Shown: positions 38,664-51,005 of the stretch, piece after piece | Position numbering within the stretch: the stretch's first letter is position 1 | How the letters are laid out: each line of letters starts with the position of its first letter | Assembly: GCF_000743755.1 (NCBI RefSeq) | Contig: NW_014569525.1 | Coordinates: 1 to 64,000, forward strand | Length of the DNA stretch: 64,000 nt | DNA from: Blastocystis sp. subtype 4 | Lineage: Eukaryota | Reading direction: 5' to 3' | Position numbers and translations under genes: made by a program | The notes under the pieces: model-generated | The model's database searches: none | Told to the model about the DNA's origin: nothing | What the model saw: only the letters and a program-made list of their open reading frames with translations

Positions 38664-40179
38664 ATGTCGGAAGAACAAGCTACGGGAGCGAATGCAATTC
38701 CAGTGTTTGAGTTTTATGAGAAATGGTTATGCCTAGAGGGAATTCGAAGGAGGGAGGAGATCCTGCTTCAGCATCCGTGAATCCATACATCCCAAAGTAT
38801 ATGGCGACAGTTCCATGGTATGCTGAACAAGGAAGTGTTGGTTTTGTGGAAGAGAGCTTATGTTTAGCAAGACCAGCTTCATCATCAACGAGCAGCAGAT
38901 CGTGATAGTAAGTGGGACGATATTCATTCAAGTTATAAACGTGGCCAATTCATCGGTCAGGCAACCAAATATCGTAAAGTAGGATTTCTTTTCGTTTGTT
39001 TAGTCAAGGGTGCTTGCAAGAATTGTGGTTCCATGACGCATACTGAGAAGGACTGCTTCTATCCTCCACGCAAACGGGGTGCTTGGAAGACCAACAAAGA
39101 TATTAAGCCAGATGAATACATCAATCCCGAATTAAATCTGTCGTATGAGGGTAAACGAGATCGTTGGAATGGGTAGGTCCTGTTCTATCAAGTTCATGTA
39201 TAGTGTAGATGCAAATGCTGTCGTTGCTAGACAACGAGAACTCATGAACATGGTAGATGCAGAACGACAGCGTATCCATGCAAATGAGATCAATTCCAAA
39301 TTTCAGACTGAGCCTGATGGAGATCACAAGCGGTACTACAGTTCAACAATCACCAAAGAACAACGTGATCGTGAGAAACTGGTAGAAGAAGGTGATCAAC
39401 TGGACGTACACATCAGTGACTCTGAGTAGATGACAGAGCTTTTCGTAATACGTAGTTCGGATTCCGATGAGGAGTTAGTGGATATGAATGCTGTTGATAG
39501 TAGTAAGAAACGTGTGGAGTACGATAAAAGAATCAAGACATCAGCGCGTGATATGCGAATTCGAGAGGACATTGCTTACTATCTGAAGAATCTTGATGAT
39601 GACAGTGTGGATCGTCGTGACTACACGTCTGACGGTATTGGGAAGAATGCAGATGGAACACAGAAGCTTCGAGAGGATCAGGTTTTGGACTCGGGGGATA
39701 TGAGTGATTTCAGACAGGCTCAGCTGTTTGCATGGGAAGCACATACGAAAGGAGTAAATGTTCATTTAGAGGCTCAACCAACAGCTACAGGTGAGGTTTA
39801 AGAGAGTGACTGATCAATAGCTTTGTTGCGGAAACAGGCTGAAGAGAGAAAGAAGCAATTGGAGGAGATGAGACGCAAGAAGCTTGAAAAGCGATATGGA
39901 GTATCCCTCGACAATCAGATTGAGGTTCCAAAGGTCGAAGAGTCAGAAGTATATGTGGAGTATGATCACAGTGGGAACATTGTGAAAGGGAATATCACTG
40001 TATGAAATGAATACGAAAGTAATTTATAGAATATTCCCAAATCAAAATATGAAGAAGATGTGTTCCTGTTCAATCATACGAGTGTGTGGGGGTCTTGGTA
40101 TGACAAGGAAAAAGAACAGTGGGGGTATGCTTGTTGCCATCAGTGTGTTCGAAATGCCTATTGTACTGCTACTAATTGA
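38664..40179 (+). CDS. SLU7: Pre-mRNA splicing factor SLU7
   Basis: [15 protein letters not shown], zinc knuckle [54 protein letters not shown]. Confidence 0.93.
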
Positions 40180-40236
40180 CTCATTGTTTGTTTCAAACGG
40201 ATGATTCCCGTTCTGAACAAATGTCCCTTAGGGGCT

Positions 40237-40689
40237 ATGAAGTCGTTGACTCGTTTCTTTGCAACGGCCTCTCAAAGTCAGTATCAAAGATTCGGTTAAA
40301 CTGTAGTTCCAATCATTGTAAAAACGATTCGAGAAGATGGAGAAGAGAAGTATATCGATGTCGATGTTGATCCCTCAAAACCACTTCTCTTCTCGTTAAT
40401 ATCAACAACTTCAATTCAGCGTATATTGGTTTCATTGTTATTTTGACATAGATGGATGTGGAGGAAAGGGGATTTGCGGTCAGTGTCAAATTGCTTTACC
40501 AAAGGACATCTACGATCGGTTGCCCAAACCAGATCAAGCAGAGTTGGATACCTTAGCTACATCTCTGGATCCACCCAAATAGTCCCATTTAATGCTTGTT
40601 TTAATTCTAGTGGTCGTCTCGCATGCAGATTAACCCCTACATCGATCTTTCGAGGAAGGACGATTGACGTGTATATACCATTTGAATAA
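40237..40689 (+). CDS. [2Fe-2S] ferredoxin (adrenodoxin/hydrogenosomal type) with short presequence; missed by the ORF track
   Basis: Spliced MKSLTRFFATASQIPIIVKTIREDGEEK...GCGGKGICGQC...ELDTL...GRLAC gives a Cx5Cx2C...C ligand set. Confidence 0.85.
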
Positions 40690-40723
40690 CGCTTTGTGTT
40701 TGTTAACAAGTCAATCAATAATA

Positions 40724-41241
40724 TTAGAATTGGGCAGCTCGTTTCTTTGCAATATACAAGGCCTAAGGATCAACCTCCCAAAGGAATCCTACAGACTCAA
40801 CACAATTGGCTTTAATCTTCTCACCTGTCTGAGCATCATATCCCATCGTGTAGTAGTTGCTAGGCATCAAAAACACTCCAAAGACCCTACGGATTCATCA
40901 TCTTTCGCTGATAAATCATCTGATTCTCTTTGCACTTCCAGAAGTTCGTAGGCTTCCTCGAGCGGTCCCATTCTGAATGACTGCACATTAGCAATCAATT
41001 ACGATCAATTACAGCTTCTCAATTTGGGCATTCTGACTCATAAATATAGCATGAGTCTTCTCGTCGTTCACTCTCTTTTCTTCCTCTCTGCTGTTAAACA
41101 CCTAGTTCATCATGGAGACGATCTAGCACCATACGGCCTTCAAGAAACTCATAACTGGAACCTAAGACACTCAATATTGATAGAGATACAGATAAAGTGG
41201 AAATCAGTAAATATTTTGGAATACCGGAAATCAAGGATCAT
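40724..41241 (-). CDS. Small hypothetical protein (multi-exon)
   Basis: A consistent frame runs across ~30-nt GT-AG introns and ends ...ALYIAKKRAAQF*. Start uncertain, no recognised family. Confidence 0.45.
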
Positions 41242-41428
41242 TTGATCCCTAGAATCCAGTATTAATTACCTGCTTTGTGGAATGTACCCCTATCACCTCG
41301 CTCTTCACTTGTATGCCTAGCAATTCTTTGAGTGATTGGTTTTGATTGCATTTTCCAGTCGTAAGTGACGTTTTATTTAGGGTGTCTTGGAGTTGACATT
41401 CTTGATTGTGTATTCTCACTCTGAGTAG

Positions 41429-41928
41429 ATGGTTTCCGATATTCGTGTTACCTATCGCCGCAGACACTCTTACAATACCGTATCAAACAAGTACCATATT
41501 GTAAAAACCCCTGGTAGTGATTTTGCTCTCTAGATGAAGAATAGGTGCTAGACTTGTTGTTCAATACAATAAGAAAATCGCGAGTCCCGTGAAATGCGGT
41601 TGTTGCAAGAAGCCTCTTGCTGGTGTATGTTGTTTGGTTTGTTGATTAGGATAGATTCCTCGTATCTCTGGTCGTGATATGAGAAGACTGTGCGTACCTC
41701 AGCGTTCTGTAACTCGTGCTTATGGCGGAAATCTGTGCCATAAATGTGTTCGTGATCGGTGAGTGTGTCAGGTGCAAGTGATTGAATAGCATTCTGCGTG
41801 CATTCCTGATTGAGGAGCAGAAGATCGTGAAGAAGGTTGCTTCAGTGAAGGCTATGCAGAAGAAGGAGGAGAAGAAATCCACGAAGAAGTCGGCTAAGAA
41901 GACTACTAAGAAGACCGGAAAGAAGTAA
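41429..41928 (+). CDS. RPL34: 60S ribosomal protein eL34
   Basis: RVTYRRRHSYNTVSN..VKTPG, KCGCCKKPLAG, VTRAYGGNLCHKCVRDR, ILRAFLIEEQKIVKKV; Lys-rich tail. Confidence 0.95.
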
Positions 41929-41967
41929 TCGGCTGTACAATCATTCTTTCTGTTTTCAAGAAACAAA

Positions 41968-43356
41968 TCAAATGCTAGTTTCTTCGAAAAGTGACTTGAG
42001 AATGAACCTAGACCTCACCATACTTCCTTACTCCTACGCCTGAGATAGAAGCTCCTCCACATCTTGTTCTGTCCAATCTTCAGTTGGAGGATTCTGAAGA
42101 TACAATAGCATCGACTGGAAATCCTTCTCCATGAGATCATCGTGTGACAGCTTGATGAACACAGCACAAACATAGACATGGAACACATCAAATCCATTGG
42201 TCTCGCTTAGATAGGTATCCCACAAACGGATAATCGTTCGCATACTAAACTCACGGATCAACAGGCAATTCATATAACGGAATGCAAACTGAAGGAATAA
42301 TAGTCCCTCTTGTTGAATGTGGTTATACAAATCAAGATCAATACGTCGAACCAAATCCTCTAGTTTCTTCACCATTCGCTGAATACCCGGCTGATCCGTT
42401 GTGTAATGATCCTGAATTCCATCCAACAGACGTGAAATGCAGTAATACGTATCGGCCTCAACCTCGTCCAGAATGGATTTGTCGACTTCATCCCAATCAA
42501 GTTCAGCCACCTTGTCTATAATGAATCCCAACTCCATTATGTACCAGGGAAATGATCATTTAAGAAGGTTACAAGGAAAGGAACACATAAATCATTGATT
42601 CCTTGAACATAACCACACGCAGGGTGGCGATTGGCCCAAATATAGAGCAGACGTTTTAATCGCTACCCTCAAAATAAATCAGAAGCCCTACCAATTGAAC
42701 ATCTTCACTCTTCAAAATAATCGAACTACATGAGGTACGAGGAACATCAACTGAAATCTATTTATTACCAATCTACCTATCCGGGTACTTGGTGCAAGGC
42801 TGCTAATTCATCTTCTGTACGTTCGGAATCGTCAACATCGTAGAGACGGGGAATATACTCCATGTACTCTTTTCTCTTTCGCTGGATAATCGCTTGTTGA
42901 CGACTTCGGACAGAAGGAAGATATCCCTAGGTTTCAATGACTCTTCGAGGGACACACCAACAGTAATTTCCATGTCACTGCTCGATATTCTGACGGAATT
43001 CCCTTCCAAGCCAAGGATCGGAGAGTTTTCATGTCGATTCTGTCACTTTCCAAAAGACGCTTATACTTCTGGATGTCTTTATCACCATCCGTTTCTCGGA
43101 AACTCAGAGACTTCAGCAGAGGGGATTCTAATTTCTTAATCTTTCTCCAATAACTGACTTGGTGACTTGGCCTGAGTCGAATCTCCCTCTTCCTCGGAAT
43201 CTGCGTTCAGGGATCTTCTTAAACCAACTGGAACATTGAAACGGTATTCATCCGCATCGGTCGCCCGAGACTAGTCAATAACCCCAATCTTAGTAAAAAG
43301 CATACCTTAATACGTCCTGGATGCGACTTCGTTTTCATCTTGTCCCAAAGACTCAT
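41968..43356 (-). CDS. TBC-domain Rab GAP, TBC1D22/Gyp1-like
   Basis: QISVDVPRT, LYIWANRHPACGYVQGINDL, EADTYYC, QFAFRYMNCLLIREF, IRLWDTY, FHVYVCA. Confidence 0.9.
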
Positions 43357-43454
43357 GGTTCACGAAATATTCCCAAAATGGAGAATTGGTCGAGATTGTT
43401 CCGATTTTCGTCTTCCAATTTGGCACAAATTGTTGTGTTTTCTTAATTATTGAA

Positions 43455-44068
43455 ATGGAGGGTGAATTCAATAATGTGACACGAGAAGAGCAGTTTATAG
43501 AAGTTTGAGAATAATCGCATATTTGATCTCCAGGTGTTAGATAAAGCACTATCCAAAATAGTGAAAAATGTATCTTCCACCATGATTTCATCTGCATATT
43601 CCGAAGCCAACAGTGATGATCTGTTGTTTATCGAGGTCGCTTCCAAGAAACTCATCGACGAGTTTAAAGAAGAGGCTCGTGTCGGATTTGAAATCTACTA
43701 TCATGAATAGACAGAGTTACTGCGAAAATGCCAAGAGGATGGAGTTTTCGATTGTTTAAAACGGCTAGACCAAGAGGATATGGATCGAAATGAACGGAAA
43801 GAATTGGAAGACAAATAGTGAGTGATGTGATTATCATGGTTACGTAGTTGTGGTTGTGTAGTTGATGTGAATAAACTCCTTTTGGTACAGCGAATGCGGT
43901 TTAAGAAGCAGCTAATTCGGTCCTTGGAAAATGAAATTCGTTCTGTGATTATGTGTTGAAAATATCATGTGTAGATGGAAATAGATTTACGAACCATGTA
44001 CAATGAAAATAAACAAGATGTCTCACGGATTGGAAAAGGAATCGAGTACTTGCAAAATGTGCCTAATT
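43455..44068 (+). CDS. Nnf1/PMF1-like kinetochore (MIS12 complex) protein; probable poly(A)-completed stop
   Basis: Short helical protein (TREEQFIEVLDKALSKIV...EDGVFDCLKRLDQ) with a C-terminal coiled coil. In-frame T at 44068 lies 4 nt before TGTTTCCT. Family assigned by pattern only. Confidence 0.5.
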
Positions 44069-44091
44069 CTATTGTTTCCTACAAACATATG

Positions 44092-46649
44092 ATACAGGAA
44101 GCATTTGCTGAATCTCCTCCAGCATCTTCTTGGTTGTACGATTCAACTTCTCAGCACTAGATACTTCCTTGTATAGTGCTTGTACACTTTCCAGTGATAC
44201 AACAGTATCATTAACAGCATTCACTTCAATCATGTGATACAAGAGCTCTGCCTTCAATTGATTCTTTTCTCGTTCTGAAGCAGAGTACTCTTTAATTGAC
44301 TGTTCACATGTCTGGATTAGTTCACGAGCTTTGTCTTCATCCATTAAGAGATTCTATTGATGATCCCTAACACAGATCCACTACTGTCTCCAAACGAATA
44401 CTGAACATTAGTGCTGTTTGCATATTAGATGCTACTCGACTATTAAGATCTAATGAGCGAGCTGTATCCGATTCATTCAACAGTGTGACAGCCTGACTAA
44501 CTTCCTCTTTAGGGAGATTCTTTACATTCAATAGTGCGTTCATTACTGTCCAATGACAGGTTGAACGATTGCTACCTTCAAGTCCTTCCATTGCTGCAAC
44601 CATCTATCTCTCATCAGTTCTATCACATGTCTACCTCTTTCAACAATTCTGATTCTTGCTCCTTACACTTATACGAATCTGCTAACAGAACTGCATCTGA
44701 TGAAGCCATCATTGCATAACGCACATGAATCTTACGAAGATTGTTCAACACGATACGTAGAGATGCAAATACAGAATCTGATACAGTCTTACTTCCAGCA
44801 CGAATCATAGCGTAAAAGATTGACATCAGAGGAATATACCGATTCACAGATGTACTATCATTGTTAATCGTCTCTCCCAATTCAGATAAAAACTAGATAA
44901 AAAATGGAATTCACAATTACCTGAATATTATCATTCATATTGGATAACTGAATGAGTTGAATGCATCGAGCCATCAAATTTTGTCCACTGACATCTTCTC
45001 GCACATATAGTACCTTCAACACATCCATCAGAGTTTGAACCTGTTCTGGAGTGGTAAGTAACAGATGATCATTCACACACATCTGTCCGAAGGCGGTTGC
45101 CACGGAAACTGTCTCTTCCAGAGGAATACTATGAAGTAGCTACAAATTAGAGAGATGATGGAAGACTACTGTCAGATAGGAAGGAGTAGTGAGAAGACGT
45201 AAGCCAAACAATGAAATAGGTTGCATCATCAGATTGGTGAATTCCGAGATACAGCTAATTATCACTACTCTCTCCCTTCTCTCACTCAGTCGTATTGATG
45301 ATCATATTCTGAAGATAATCAGCAGTCAACTGATATAATGTCGACAATTCATCATAACAATCCTTCTTGTTCTTCAATACGAAAGAAAGGAAACAGTCCT
45401 CTACACACAACAGTGAACTCAAAGGGAGATCTGTGTCCTTCTACACTTAACGTCATAAAACAGAAATACTTCATGCAGAGTACGAATGAACTCAAACACA
45501 GAATTTACCAGAGAATTGAAAACTTCTGTTGAAACCACATCTCCACCTTGAATACGCTGAAGAAGCTTGGAGAAAAGGTCCTCTAGATATAAGGAATGAC
45601 AAAAATCCAAACTAATATTGACAGATCTATCAAGATGACACAAGCAGACAAGAGTGTGTGATAATCCAGCCAATTGGAAATCATCTGGGAATACTTGAAT
45701 AATTGATTCCATCAGATATTGTTGAGCAATCGCATCTCCACAACTAATGATCTCATTCACCACTGTAGGTAGAATCCGCTATTATTGATACTAAATCTTG
45801 ATTATTACGGTCTTATAATATTCGGCATCAATTCCATCCAATTGCGACAGACAATCGAAATTCTTCCCTACAAGTTCTTTCAAGTCCTTTCGTTCTGCTT
45901 CACGCTGTTCAATGTTTCGAGCTTTCCCATTTTGCATTCGTATCCATAGACGGTTCATTTCCATAAAATTGCGCAAAATACAGTCCACACTATCATTGAC
46001 ATCACCTCCATCTTCTCTACAACTAAGAGACTCTATCTTGAAATACGTCTCATAGGGACAATCAGGATATGGGAACTTATCCTTCATCTCTCGAATGAAA
46101 TAGTTACGAAGGAATAAACCACGCATTGGATGCTGGATACCCTTACACATTTCTAATGTATCATAAATGATACGTTTGGCAGGCATCAGTTTCATCTTAA
46201 TACAACAACTTCCAACTAAGATCATGAGGTACAATCTGGGAACAAAAGCAGATGTGTACTGAACCTGTTCGTAGAGATCCTCACCACTGATTCCCTCAGC
46301 GAGTTTCTGACAGAAATAACTCTCCACACTCATTAGCTGTTCATAAACACTGAGCCGTAGGGATTAAGGCCATTCACTCATTCAATACAAAAGGATATAA
46401 ACTTCATAGTAATCTTTTGGACTTAAGGCGCTGCTTCGCAACTCAAACAATAATGACTTCGTGGCTTCTAATACATCATCTATTTCGTCCTCATCCTAAT
46501 TCGTAATACTTCAACACAAGATAGTACAATGGTTTTATTGAGTACATAGCTGTATTGCTTAATATTGGCTAAAGCCTCGACCTAAGGAATTAGATGGGAT
46601 CAAAACTGGATACAAGATTCTCTGTCGATATGTCTGTCGTTGTATTCAT
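44092..46649 (-). CDS. VPS35: Retromer subunit VPS35 (C-terminal half divergent); poly(A)-completed stop
   Basis: ELRSSALSPKDYYE, DLYEQVQY..VPRLYL, CKGIQHPMRGLFLRNY, NFMEMNRLWIRMQ, DAIAQQYLMESIIQVFPDDF. Confidence 0.88.
46357..46398 (-). other. U12-type (minor) AT-AC intron, 42 nt
   Basis: Minus strand ATATCCTTTT...GCCTTAATCCCTAC. Removal joins YYEV-W-LSVYEQL and eliminates an in-frame stop. Confidence 0.88.
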
Positions 46650-46762
46650 TGTTATTCTACTTATTCGGAGTGTTGAAGACATACCAGAAAACGGGGAGAT
46701 TTCGGCTCCCCAAATAGGGTCGAAAAGTGGCACTTTGTTATGATCATCAAAGAGTCTCCGGG

Positions 46763-49700
46763 ATGAATTCGAATAATCTCGAACCGGTTTTGGCCGCCTT
46801 TCAGAATATGCGGTCTAATGACACCGCTACAATGAAGGCCGCAGAAGCGAATCTGTTGGAATTCATGCGTCAGCCAGTTTGCGTTAGTTCTTTCCTTTAC
46901 ATTTTGCTGAACTGTGATGATTCTGTTGTAAGAAATCGAAGAAATGAGATGTGATGTTGTAGCATCGTCAAATGGCTGCTCTCTTTTTGCGTCGTGTTAT
47001 ATCTATTTATTGGGATGATATGGATGAGTCATCGAAGGAACAGAGTAAGAGATGAGGGAATGGGTTCACAGAAATAGTAAAGTCACAGATATTGCTTGCT
47101 TTGCAATGTGAACCGTACAGTTTAGCTCGTCGTGCAATTTGTGGAGTTGTTAGTAAATTAGCGAGTATTGAACTCGAGGCAAACAGATGGCAAGAGATTT
47201 TAGTTGCAATGAACAATGTGTGAGTGGTTCATTGTACTCATGAGTAGTTCCTATCTAGTCCACAACCTTCGGATCGTGAACTGGGTATGCTTCTCTTGTA
47301 TTCGCTTCACGAAGTTGTGAGTAAATACGTTACAATGGAGAATCTTCTTAATGTACTACAAAATGGACTTCATGATGCAGATCCATCGGTAAGTAGTTAG
47401 TTTGGTCTCTGAACGTAGGTTCGATCCATGGCTATAAAGGCCTCATGTGATGTTATTACATCCCAGATCGATACACCTTCCATCACTCAACTCACACCGG
47501 TTCTTCCCGATTTGCTTCAAATTCTTGCTGATGCTATTCGTGACTGTGATTCTGAGATCGCAGTTCGTATTTTCGGTTTGTTTGAAGACTGTACAGTGAG
47601 TAGTACTCCCTTCCTCCAATCCTCCTTGCGGGATATTCTGAGTGCCTGTTGTGCTGTATGTGTCATGATGCTTTCTAATTATAAGACAATCGAGAATACG
47701 AATATTCCTGATATCATTCGTCGAGCAGCTTGCTCATGTCTAACAAGTCAAGTTGATAAGTTTTATCATATTATCTTCGAGATGGTATCCTTATTCGCTT
47801 TAAATGATGAGTAGAATCTTGTAACAGACATTATTCGAGTCATTGTCCTTCATCTCAGTGATGACTCCAATCCTGTTTATGATAGAAGAAGGAATAATGA
47901 GTAGGATGCAGAAGATGAATTTGGAGTGTTTTGTAAACTCAGTGAAACTGCCCTTGATACTATGGCCTCTCATTTCTCGAAAGGGTCGAATTAATGAATC
48001 AGATTCATCACTAGCCAAGTATTATCAACTGTCATGTCAGTAATCATCCCTTTCTTTGCTTCTCCTAACTGGATGGAACGTCGAACAGCAGCAGCAGCTC
48101 TCTTCGTATTGGTAGAATCATGCAACGAAGAGATGTCCAAGAATATCTCTGATTTCTGCAATGCCATGCGAGGATTACTACGTGATTCGTGTCATGCAGT
48201 GAGTCGAAAGGCATCCTTCTTCTTCAGTGAGATTTGTGATTATTTAGAAGAGCAAGTTCTACAGGAATGTGATTGGCTGATGAATGATATCAGTGAGGTA
48301 GGAGTGATAGTGTGATTATCATTCAGTTGATCCATTCAAAGGATTGGTGGGATGTGGAGAATGGACTAACAATACTGGAGAGTGCTTCTTTGACTTATGG
48401 TGAAATGAATCCACAAGGATTGATTGAGATTGTGGTAGGAATGATGGGGCCAAGTGAGTATAAGCCTATTTTGTTAGGACTCTTGAATCAAGAAGCAACA
48501 CCAATTGATATTCAAATGATGAGTATTTCTTGTATGTCATGTGTTGTTATGAGAGCGGATGATTTGTTTATTCCCTTTGCAGTAGTAAAGAGAGGAACAC
48601 CTGAAGTCTAGGATCAAGCCATTGTGTTGTGTCGGAAGGTCTTACATACTCGAGATGAAGCTCTTCTTACACTGCGTAGCCGAGCTCTTGAACTTGTTGG
48701 GAAGGTGATCAAACACGTGGGTTTCGAGTATTTGCAGGACAATGTGAATCCAATATTAGAAGATGTGGTGATTGTAAGTAGTTATTCTCCGTTCTTCTGT
48801 ATAGTTGATGGGTGATGGCGAAGATAGCTTTGCAAAGACAGTGTTTGACTTCATTGAAATTCTAGCAGAGGATGTGAAGCCTTCATTGAAGCAGTATGCT
48901 AGTGTCATGCAACTACTAAATGGATACATGCCAATGATCATCGAGCTAGTAGAGAGTGATCGAGGTAGGAGAAGGAAGAGGTTTACACTGGAGATGTGTT
49001 TTATCGACGTCGTGGAACGGCTGCTGATGAGTTTGGGAAATTGGGAACTGAATTTGGAACAGATGAAGACTCAGCTGCAGCTGTGTTGGTATCTCGAAGT
49101 GCAGATGTGAGAAAGAAGGCATCTGCAATTGATGCAATGATGAGTATCTGCAAGGTAAGAATGAGTTCCACAGTCTCACATAGAATGTAACTGCTCTGTG
49201 TGATGCATATTATGAGAATGTGATCAACTGTCTATTAGAAGCTACGACACACATGCATGAGATGATTCGTACTAAAGCAGTATCCTCTTGTATATTGGTT
49301 TGAGAGTTAGTATCAAGGCCTATCCTCAATGCTAGAAATCGTATATGAATATGAGAATGAAATTGAATGGGAAAATGGTGAGTATGATTATGTTCGAATT
49401 TGTGGAATGGATGAATTCTAGACATATTCAGAAACAACAATATCATTAATTGAGAATTATCTGCCTGTGATCTTTGCTGCCCTTCCTGAAGAAACAGAAC
49501 CAGAAGTGGAATTAAAGATTTTGGAGTTATTTGATGTGAGATTAGTTTTAGTATATGAAAATAGGATATGGTCAATACTTTGGGACCTTCCTTCCTTCTT
49601 GACTTCATGCCAACAACAATGGACTTGATCACGATGTTGGTGGAACAGCAGGTATTCCCTGAAGTGGTGTGTTATTGTAGTCTAAAGCCCAAGCATCATA

Positions 49701-50572
49701 TCGATTGCAACATGCAGTACTTGAGGGTGTGGAATCAGCTAATTCGTATCCCATCGCCACCTCAGCAGCGGAATTGCTGGCATCTATTGTCCGAGTCATG
49801 GGAGCTAATCCTTCCTTCCTTGACAGGTATCAGCTTATCTGGGAGAAGTGTATTCCGTTTATCAATCGCTGGACAGTCCCTTCAGATGTAACGAGTTGCT
49901 ATACGTTAGCCGAATCGCTCTTAGAAACTTATAAAGCAGATGCAATATTTGTAGTGAACGGAATAATCAGTATGCTGCCTGTTACAGCAGGATACCGAAA
50001 TGAATACTGTCGAGCTAACTCTTACTATTTGATTGGATTGCTATTTGATCTCTTCCCAAATGAGATGGAGAATGATCTTATCAAATATACATCGTTGCTT
50101 CGAGAAGGATTGAATGGAATTCCAGGCGACGTAGGAATGAAACGGAAGAATCATAGATAGAAGGGTCAGGCTTCAGATAATGCTGTATGTGCTTTGATTC
50201 ATATGGATATGGCATATGGAGGTCAATTTACAGAAGAAGTATTGATATGTGTGTTAGAACACTTGCCTTTGAAGAGTGATACATATGATCAGGATTATGT
50301 ACTTTCATGGTTTTGTGATATTTGTAACAAAAAGGAGATGTTGTATATCTCCTATTTGCCTCAGATTGTAAAGTGCTTTGCTATTTGGTTAGATGAGTCG
50401 ATGGATTTGAGTGATGAGTGTGTTGTAGGGATGAATGGGGTTTATAAAGAATAGCAAATGCTGGTGACACAACTGGTTCACTTCCAAGTGAGTCAGCCTG
50501 AAGCTTGGAATGCGGCAATGTCGATGATCAGTGAGGAAGAAAGGAAAGTTATTCTTCATTATACCATGAATT
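46763..50572 (+). CDS. Importin-beta family HEAT protein (importin-4/Kap123-like); poly(A)-completed stop
   Basis: IBN_N-like SNDTATMKAAEANL, RQMAALFLRR, SPNWMERRTA, EGC-like ESC, KKASAIDA, ASDNAVCALI, HLPLKSD. In-frame T at 50572 lies 4 nt before TGTTTGTT. Confidence 0.75.
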
Positions 50573-50644
50573 ACTATGTTTGTTGGATTTCAGAAAATAA
50601 CGTTTGTATCAAGAATAGACACTTTTCTCTGCCAAATACCGAAA

Positions 50645-50849
50645 ATGAACTGGAAGAAGGGTCTATTTGTTACAACTGTAACAGGCGTATTTCTAGCTTG
50701 TGGATTTTATCTTCAAAACAAGATGATTACAAAACAAAGAGTACGATATAACGAATAGAGGTTGATTTGGCAGGTGGAGAGAGAAAGATACATTGAGTCA
50801 GAAGTTAAAAGGCGAACGGAATTAGATCAAGAAAAATCCAAAGTCGAAT
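50645..50849 (+). CDS. ~57-aa single-TM microprotein; poly(A)-completed stop
   Basis: MNWKKGLFVTTVTGVFLACGFYLQNKMITKQR, 33-nt GT-AG intron (50741-50773), VERERYIESEVKRRTELDQEKSKVE, then T(50849), 4 nt and TGTTTGTT. Confidence 0.6.
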
Positions 50850-51005
50850 CATGTGTTTGTTATCATTTGCTAAATACAATACCACCCTTTCTTCGTTCAG
50901 TTCATGCGTAGATTCCGAGATGGAGAAATAGGGAATTATTAGGGAATTAAAGAATAAGGCTGTATTTTGTCACCAGGTCTTCTTTGCAAGTTGTTGACTC
51001 ATCGA

